Source of the DNA: Octopus sinensis
Taxonomy: Eukaryota
DNA length: 57,132 nt
Direction: 5' to 3'
NCBI RefSeq assembly: GCF_006345805.1
Contig: NW_021833621.1
Location: 1-57,132, forward strand
The notes beneath the pieces are model-generated. The model saw only the letters and a program-made list of their open reading frames with translations, was not told the DNA's origin and did not search any database. Below are positions 49,858-57,132 of the stretch, one piece after another; position 1 is the stretch's first letter, and the number at the start of each line of letters is the position of its first letter. The translations under genes and the position numbers were made by a program.

Positions 49858-50445
49858 GACATGGTTGGAGAGATAAAGGTGTTGGGTTTTGTATTCAGAG
49901 ATAATGAGTTCAAGTTTCATTGCAGACATTTCATTGTGGTCTCTAGACAAAAACACTTTAAAAATACCTCCACTAAGGTCAGATGGTTATCACCTCTATA
50001 GGTGACATGGTTGGCTGAATGGATAAGGTGTTGGATTGAGTACCCAGAGGTAATGAGTTCAAGTCTCACTGCAGACATTTCATTGTGGTCTCTAGACAAA
50101 AACACTTTAAAAATACCTCCACTACGTTCAGATAGTTATCACCTCTATAGGTGACATGGTTGGCTGAATGGATAAGGTGTTGGATTGAGTACCCAGAGGT
50201 AATGAGTTCAAGTCTCACTGCAGACATTTCATTGTGGTCTCTAGACAAAAACACTTTAAAAATACCTCCACTACGTTCAGATAGTTATCACCTCTATAGG
50301 TGACATGGTTGGCTGAATGGATAAGGTGTTGGATTGAGTACCCAGAGGTAATGAGTTCAAGTCTCACTGTAGACATTTCATTGTGATTTCTAGACAGAAT
50401 AAGAAGTTCAAATTTGACCACAGATATGGTGACATCTAGACAGTT
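49858..50445 (+). repeat. ~149-bp tandem repeat (~4 copies) with a tRNA-like A/B-box head
   Basis: Units start at 49858, 50004, 50153 and 50302; TGGCTGAATGG (A box) and GAGTTCAAGTC (B box) occur in units 2-4. Confidence 0.9.
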
Positions 50446-50449
50446 ACTA

Positions 50450-50749
50450 TTATAAGATGGCCAGTCTAGGGGTTACCCTGGGTTTCTTGCTCATAAGCAG
50501 TTTAGCCTTATGGTGTATCTTCATACCCCAAACACTGCTGGCCTAAGACCTCTTTAAAATATGGAGGGGGAAATGCCTCACTATAAAAATAAAAGTAACC
50601 TAGTGTTACTTTTATAGAGAGGCATTTCCCCCTCCATATTTTAAAGAGGTCTTAGGCCAGCAGTGTTTGGGGTCCGAAGATACACCTAAGGCTAAACCCT
50701 TTATGAGCGAGCAACCCAGGGTAATCCTATAAACTGGCCACCTTTATAA
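50450..50749. repeat. 300-bp fold-back element (MITE-like)
   Basis: Inner arms 50526-50579 and 50619-50672 are identical inverted copies (54 bp); outer arms are imperfect; central loop CTAGT. Confidence 0.85.
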
Positions 50750-50769
50750 CATATTTATATATATATATA

Positions 50770-50825
<56 letters not shown>

Positions 50826-50871
50826 GTATATATATATATATGTATGTAATATTATATGGTGTGTGTGTGGT

Positions 50872-51656
50872 GTGTGAATGGATATATTATTATATATATA
50901 TATATATAAATTTATAAATGAGGATAATATCGATATTTAAATATTGATATTATCAAGTGGCCAGCATGGGAAAAAATACCGTACAAAGGTAATAATTTTT
51001 ACAATTAAAAATGAGGGTGTCTGAGAGACACCACCATGCCGAGATAGCAGTTGAAACTCTGACTATAAAAACCACGTTAAATGTTCATATCGTACCATGA
51101 GATAAGACAGAGGGACAAAATAGACAAGCAAAAGTTATTGAATAATTCAAGATCCAGGATTTCTGGTTTTGCTTTAAATAAGTTTTCATTTAACGTGGTT
51201 TTTATAGTCAGAGTTTCGACTGCTATCTCGGCATGGTGGTGTCTCTCAGACACCCTCATTTTTAATTGTAAAAATTATTACCTTTGTACGGTATTTTTTC
51301 CCATGCTGGCCACTTGATAATATCGATATTTAAATATCGATATTATCCTCATTTATAAATTTATATATATATATAATATATATATATCCATTCACACGAC
51401 GTTCGTATATGTAAGTATATCGTTTGTTCTGCATATATATATCTGTATTTATGTACTCTTGATATATTCAACCGATGACGGTAGAGCTTATTTAAAGCAA
51501 AACCAAAAATCCTGGATCTTGAATTATTCAATAACTTTTGCTTGTCTATTTGTCCCTCTGTCTTATCTCATGGTACGATATGAACATTAACGTGGTTTTT
51601 ATAGTCAGAGTTTCGATGCTATCTCGGCATGGTGGTGTCTCTCAGAACACCCTCAT

Positions 51657-51664
<8 letters not shown>
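50872..51664. repeat. Complex inverted duplication/triplication
   Basis: 50872-51083 is inverted at 51187-51397, and 51003-51182 is inverted again at 51487-51664. Confidence 0.9.
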
Positions 51665-51720
<56 letters not shown>

Positions 51721-52016
51721 AGGTGCAATGGCCCAGTGGTTAGGGTAGCGGACTCGCGGTCATAGGATTGCAGTTTCGATTCCCAAACCGGGCATTGTGA
51801 GTGTTTATAGACCAAAAACACCTAAAGCCCCACAAGGTTCTGGCAGGGGGTGGTGGCGATCCCTGCTGTACACTACTTTCACTCACTCTTTCCTTTGTTG
51901 GCCTGTTTGCTTAGCCAAGCGGGGTGGCATCATTTGAAGGCTAAAACAATGCGAAGCGCACTGTGACCACCAATGTGTAGCAACATCTGATAGCCTGGTC
52001 GGTCACGTTGATATAA

Positions 52017-55000
52017 GGTGGTGCCCCAGCATGGCCACAGTCCAATGACTGAAACAAGTAAAAGATAAAAGATATGCTGAGATTGATATGTTCAACTAAA
52101 AGCCTTCAAAGTGGTGCACCAGCATGGCCACAGTCCAATGACTGAAACAAGTAAAAGATAAAAGATATACTGGGATTGATTTGTTCAACTAAAACCCTTC
52201 AAGGTGGTGCCCCAGCATAGCCACAGTCCAATGACTGAAACAAGTAAAAGATAAAAGATATACTGGGATTGATTTGTTCAACTAAAACCCTTCAAGGTGG
52301 TGCCCCAGCATGGCCACAGTCCAATGACTGAAGCAAGTAAAAGATAAAAGATATACTGGGATTGATTTGTTCAACTAAAACCCTTCAATGTGGTGCCCCA
52401 GCATGGCCACAGTCCAATTACTGAAACAAGTAAAAGATAAAAGATATACTGGGATTGATTTGTTCAACTGAAACCCTTCAAGGTGGTGCCCCAGCATGGC
52501 CACAGTCCAATTACTGAAACAAGTAAAAGATAAAAAGATATTACTGGGATTGATTTGTTCAACTGAAACCCTTCAAGGTGGTTGCCCAGCATGGCCCCAG
52601 TCCAATTACTGAAACAAGTAAAAGATAAAAGATATACTGGGATTGATTTGTTCCACTGAAACCTTCAAGGTGGTGCCCCAGCATGGCCACAGTCCAATGA
52701 CTGAAACCAAGTAAAAGATAAAAAGATCTATTGGGATTGATTTGTTAAACTAAAACCCTTCAAGGTGGTGCCCCAGCATGGCCACAGTCCAATGACTGAA
52801 ACAAGTAAAAGATAAAAGATAATACTGGGATTGATTGTTCAAATAAAAACCTTCAAGGTGGTGCCCCAGCATGCACCACAGTCCAATGACTGAAACAAGT
52901 AAAAGATAAAAGATATACTGGGATGATTTGTTCAACTAAACCCTTCAAGGTGGTGCTCCAGCATGGCCACAGTCCAATGACTGAAACAAGTAAAAGATTA
53001 AAAGATATACTGGGATTGATTTGTTCAACTAAAACCCTTCAAGGTGGTGCTCCAGCATGGCCACAGTCCAAGACTGAAACAAGTAAAAGATAAAAGATAT
53101 ACTGGGATTGATTTGTTCAACTAAAACCTTCAAGGTGGGGCCCCAGCATGACCACAGTCCAATGACTGAAACAAGTAAAAGATAAAAGATATACTGGGAT
53201 TGATTTGTTCAACTAAAACCTTCAAGGTGGTGCTCCAGCATGGCCACAGTCCAATGACTGAAACAAGTAAAAGATAAAAGATATACTGGGATTGATTGTT
53301 CAACTAAAACCCTCAGGTGGTGCCCCAGCATGACCACAGTCCAATGACTGAAACAAGTAAAAGATAAAAGATATACTGGGATTGATTTGTTCAACTAAAA
53401 CGCTTCAAGGTGGTGCTCAGCATGGCACAGTCCAATGACTAAAACAAGTAAAAGATAAAAGATATACTGGGATGATTTGTTCAACTAAAACCCTTCAAGG
53501 TGGTGCCCCAGCATGACCACAGTCCAATGACTGAAACAAGTAAAAAGATAAAAGATATACTGGGATTGATTTGTTCAACTAAAACCCTTCAAGGTGGTGC
53601 TCCAGCATGGCCACAGTCCAATGACTGAAACAAGTAAAAGATAAAAGATATACTGGGATTGATTTGTTCAACTAAAACCCTTCAAGGTGGTGCCCCAGCA
53701 TGACCACAGTCCAATGACTGAAACAAGTAAAAGATAAAAGATATACTAGGATTGATTTGTTCAACTAAAACCCTTCAAGGTGGTGCCCCAGCATGACCAC
53801 AGTCCAATGACTGAAACAAGTAAAAGATAAAAGATATACTGGGATTGATTTGTTCAACTAAAACCCTTCAAGGTGGTGCTCCAGCATGGCCACAGTCCAA
53901 TGACTGAAACAAGTAAAAGATAAAAGATATACTGGGATTGATTTGTTCAACTAAAACCCTTCAAGGTGGTGCCCCAGCATGACCACAGTCCAATGACTGA
54001 AGCAAGTAAAAGATAAAAGATATACTGGGATTGATTTGTTCAACTAAAACCCTTCAAGGTGGTGCCCCAGCATGGCCACAGTCCAATGACTGAAACAAGT
54101 AAAAGATAAAAGATATACTGGGATTGATTTGTTCAACTAAAACCCTTCAAGGTGGTGCCCCAGCATGGCCACAGTCAATGACTGAAACAAGTAAAAGATA
54201 AAAGATATATGGGATTGATTTTTTCAACTAAAATCCTTCGAGGTGGTGCCCCAGCATGGCCACAGTCCAATGACTGGAACAAGTAAAAGATAAAAGATAT
54301 ATTGGGATTGATTTCTTCAACTAAAATCCTTCGAGGTGGTGCCCCAGCATGGCCACAGTCCAATGATTGAAACAAGTAAAAGATAAAAGATATACTGGGA
54401 TTGATTTGTTCAACTAAAACCCTTCAAGGTGGTGCCCCAACATGGCCACAGTGCAATGACTGAAACAATGTAAAAGATAAAAGATATACTGGGATTGATT
54501 TATTCAACTAAAACACTTCAAGGTGCTGCCCCAGCATGGCCACAGTCCAATGACTGAAACAAGTAAAAGATAAAAGATATACTGGGATTGATTTGTTCAA
54601 CTAAAACCCTTCAGGTGGTGCCCCAGCATGGCCACAGTCCAATGACTGAAACAAGTGTGAAAGATAAAAGATATACTGGATTGATTTGTTCAACTAAAAC
54701 CCTTCAAGGTGGTGCGCAGCATGGCCACAGTCCAATGACTGAAACAAGTAAAAGATAAAAGAAAAGATATACTGGGATTGATTTGTTCAACTAAAACACT
54801 TCAAGGTGGTGCCCCAGCATGGCCACGTCCAATGACTGAAACAAGTAAAAGATAAAAGATATACTGGGATTGATTGTTCAACTAAAACCCTTCAAGGTGG
54901 TGCCCCAGCATGGCCAAAGTCGAATGACTGAAACAAGTAAAAGATAAAAGATATACTGGGATTGATTTGTTCAACTAAAACCCTTCAAGGTGGTGCCCCA

Positions 55001-57132
55001 GCATGGCCACAGTCCAATGACTGAAACAAGTAAAAGATAAAAGATACTGGGATTGATTTGTTCAACTAAAACCCTTCAAGGTGGTGCCCCAGCATGGCCA
55101 CAGTCCAATGACTGAAACAAGTAAAAGATAAAAGATATACTGGGATTGATTTGTTCAACTAAAACCCTTCAAGGTTGTGCTCCAGCATGGCCACAGTCCA
55201 ATGACTGAAACAAGTAAAGATAAAAGATATACTGGGTTTGATTTGTTCAACTAAAACCCTTCAGGTGGTGCCCCAGCATGGCCACAGTCCAATGACTGAA
55301 CAAGTAAAGATAAAAGATATACTGGGATTGATTTGTTCAACTAAAACCCTTCAAGGTGGTGCCCCAGCATGGCCACAGTCCAATGACTGAAACAAGTAAA
55401 AGATAAAAGATATACTGGTATTGATTTGTTCAACTAAAACCCTTCAAGGTTGCCCAGCATGGCCACAGTCCAATGACTGAACAAGTAAAAGATAAAAGAT
55501 ATACTGGGATTGATTTGTTCAACTAAAACCCTTAAAGGTGGTGCCCCAGCATGGCCACAGTCCAATGACTAAAACAAGTAAAAGATAAAAGATATACTGG
55601 GATTGATTTGTTCAACTAAATCCCTTCAAGGTGGTGCTCCAGCATGGCCACAGTCCAATGACTGAAACAAGTAAAAGATAAAAGATATACTGGGATTGAT
55701 TTGTTCAACTAAAACCCTTCAAGGTGGTGCCCCAGCATGGCCACAGTCCAATGACTGAAACAAGTAAAAGATAAAAGATATACTGGGATTGATTTGTTCA
55801 ACTAAAACCCTTCAAGGTGGTGCCCCAGCATGGCCACAGTCCAATGACTGAAACAAGTAAAAGATAAAAGATATACTGGGATTGATTTGTTCAACTAAAA
55901 CCCTTCAAGTGTTGGTGCTCCAGCATAGCCACAGTCCAATGACTGAAACAAGTAAAAGATAAAAGATATACTGGGATTGATTTGTTCAACTAAAACCCTT
56001 CAAGGTGGTGCTCCAGCATGGCCACAGTCCAATGACTGAAACAAGTAAAGAGATAAAATATACTGGGATTGATTTGTTCAACTAAAACCCTTCAAGGTGG
56101 TGCTCCAGCATGGCCACGGTCCAATGACTGTAACAAGTAAAAGATAAAAGATATACTGGGATTGATTTGTTCAACTAAAACCCTTCAAGGTGGTGCTCCA
56201 GCATGGCCACAGTCCAATGACTAAAACAAGTAAAAGATAAAAGATATACTGGGATTGATTTGTTCAACTAAAACCCTTCAAGGTGGTGCTCCAGCATGGC
56301 CACAGTCCAATGAGTGAAACAAGTAAAAGATAAAAGATATACTGGGATTGATTTGTTCAACTAAAACCCTTCAAGGTGGTGCTCCAGCATGGCCACGGTC
56401 CAATGACTGTAACAAGTAAAAGATAAAAGATATACTGGGATTGATTTGTTCAACTAAAACCCTTCAAGATGGTGCTCCAGCATGGCCACAGTCCAATGAC
56501 TGAAACAAGTAAAAGATAAAAGATATACTGGGATTGATTTGTTCAACTAAAACCCTTCAAGGTGGTGCCCCAGCATGGCCACAGTCCAATGAGTGAAACA
56601 AGTAAAAGATAAAAGATATACTGGGATTGATTTGTTCAACTAAAACCCTTCAAGGTGGTGCCCCAGCATGGCCACAGTCCAATGACTGAAACAAGTAAAA
56701 GATAAAAGATATACTGGGATTGATTTGTTCAACTAAAACCCTTCAAGGTGGTGCTCCAGCATGGCCACAGTCCAATGACTGAAACAAGTAAATGATAAAA
56801 GATATACTGGGATTGATTTGTTCAACTAAAACCCTTCAAGGTGGTGCCCCAGCATGGCCACAGTCCAATGACTGAAACAAGTAAAAGATAAAAGATATAC
56901 TGGGATTGATTTGTTCAACTAAAACCCTTAAAGGTGGTGCCCCAGCATGGCCACAGTCCAATGACTAAAACAAGTAAAGATAAAAGATATACTGGGATTG
57001 ATTTGTTCAACTAAATCCCTTCAAGGTGGTGCTCCAGCATGGCCACAGTCCATCCAATGACTGAAACAAGTAAAAGATAAAAGATATACTGGGATTGATT
57101 TGTTCAACTAAAACCCTTCAAGGTGGTGCCCC
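52017..57132 (+). repeat. 93-bp tandem satellite (~55 copies, runs off the window end) derived from a SINE 3' tail
   Basis: Unit GGTGGTGCCCCAGCATGGCCACAGTCCAATGACTGAAACAAGTAAAAGATAAAAGATATACTGGGATTGATTTGTTCAACTAAAACCCTTCAA; period 93 (e.g. 53593 to 53686). Confidence 0.98.

Noticed and set aside
50004-50075. Functional tRNA-Leu(GAG) gene
   Set aside because: No acceptor stem and mismatched anticodon and T stems; kept only as tRNA-like.
145-57132. Most ORFs in the supplied track (poly-CV, HT, YI, NNN, III, EEE, LLL and satellite-derived ORFs)
   Set aside because: They are translations of (CA)n, (TA)n, (AAT)n, (GAT)n, (GAA)n or (GTT)n runs and of SINE or satellite units; they lack splice context and domain motifs.
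52017-57132. CRISPR-like appearance of the regular array
   Set aside because: There are no unique spacers; the whole 93-bp unit repeats, it derives from a SINE tail, and the context is eukaryotic with no cas genes.

Overview
AT-rich, microsatellite-dense animal genomic DNA. The SINE/LINE complement points to an octopus (inference). No CRISPR array, rRNA, intact tRNA gene or prokaryotic system is supportable, and almost all ORFs in the supplied track are microsatellite read-throughs. The one identifiable host gene is CEP104 on the minus strand: a start-codon exon (CDS 44909-44797) and the next exon (13483-13392) join in frame across a 31.3-kb intron. That intron holds three further same-strand exon-like segments that I cannot assign to a protein, plus an RFX X-box in a CpG-rich patch. 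The rest is a dense mobile-element record. DNA elements: three mariners, a DD37D maT remnant, several MITEs (piggyBac-type, mariner-type, long-TIR) and Helitrons. Retroelements: two Penelope-like elements, an RTE LINE, HERO-like and R4/Dong-like fragments, and at least four SINE-like families. The most interesting structures are Penelope-type hammerhead ribozyme motifs (one with a compensatory U3-A8 core, one pair inside a spacer-less 108-bp palindrome), several fold-back rearrangements, a tRNA-like 149-bp tandem array, and a >5-kb 93-bp satellite built from a SINE tail whose junction also occurs in a dispersed SINE copy. Frameshifts in young elements are mostly 1-bp homopolymer deletions, so sequencing error must be considered throughout. 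No database searches were run; family names come from motif recognition.
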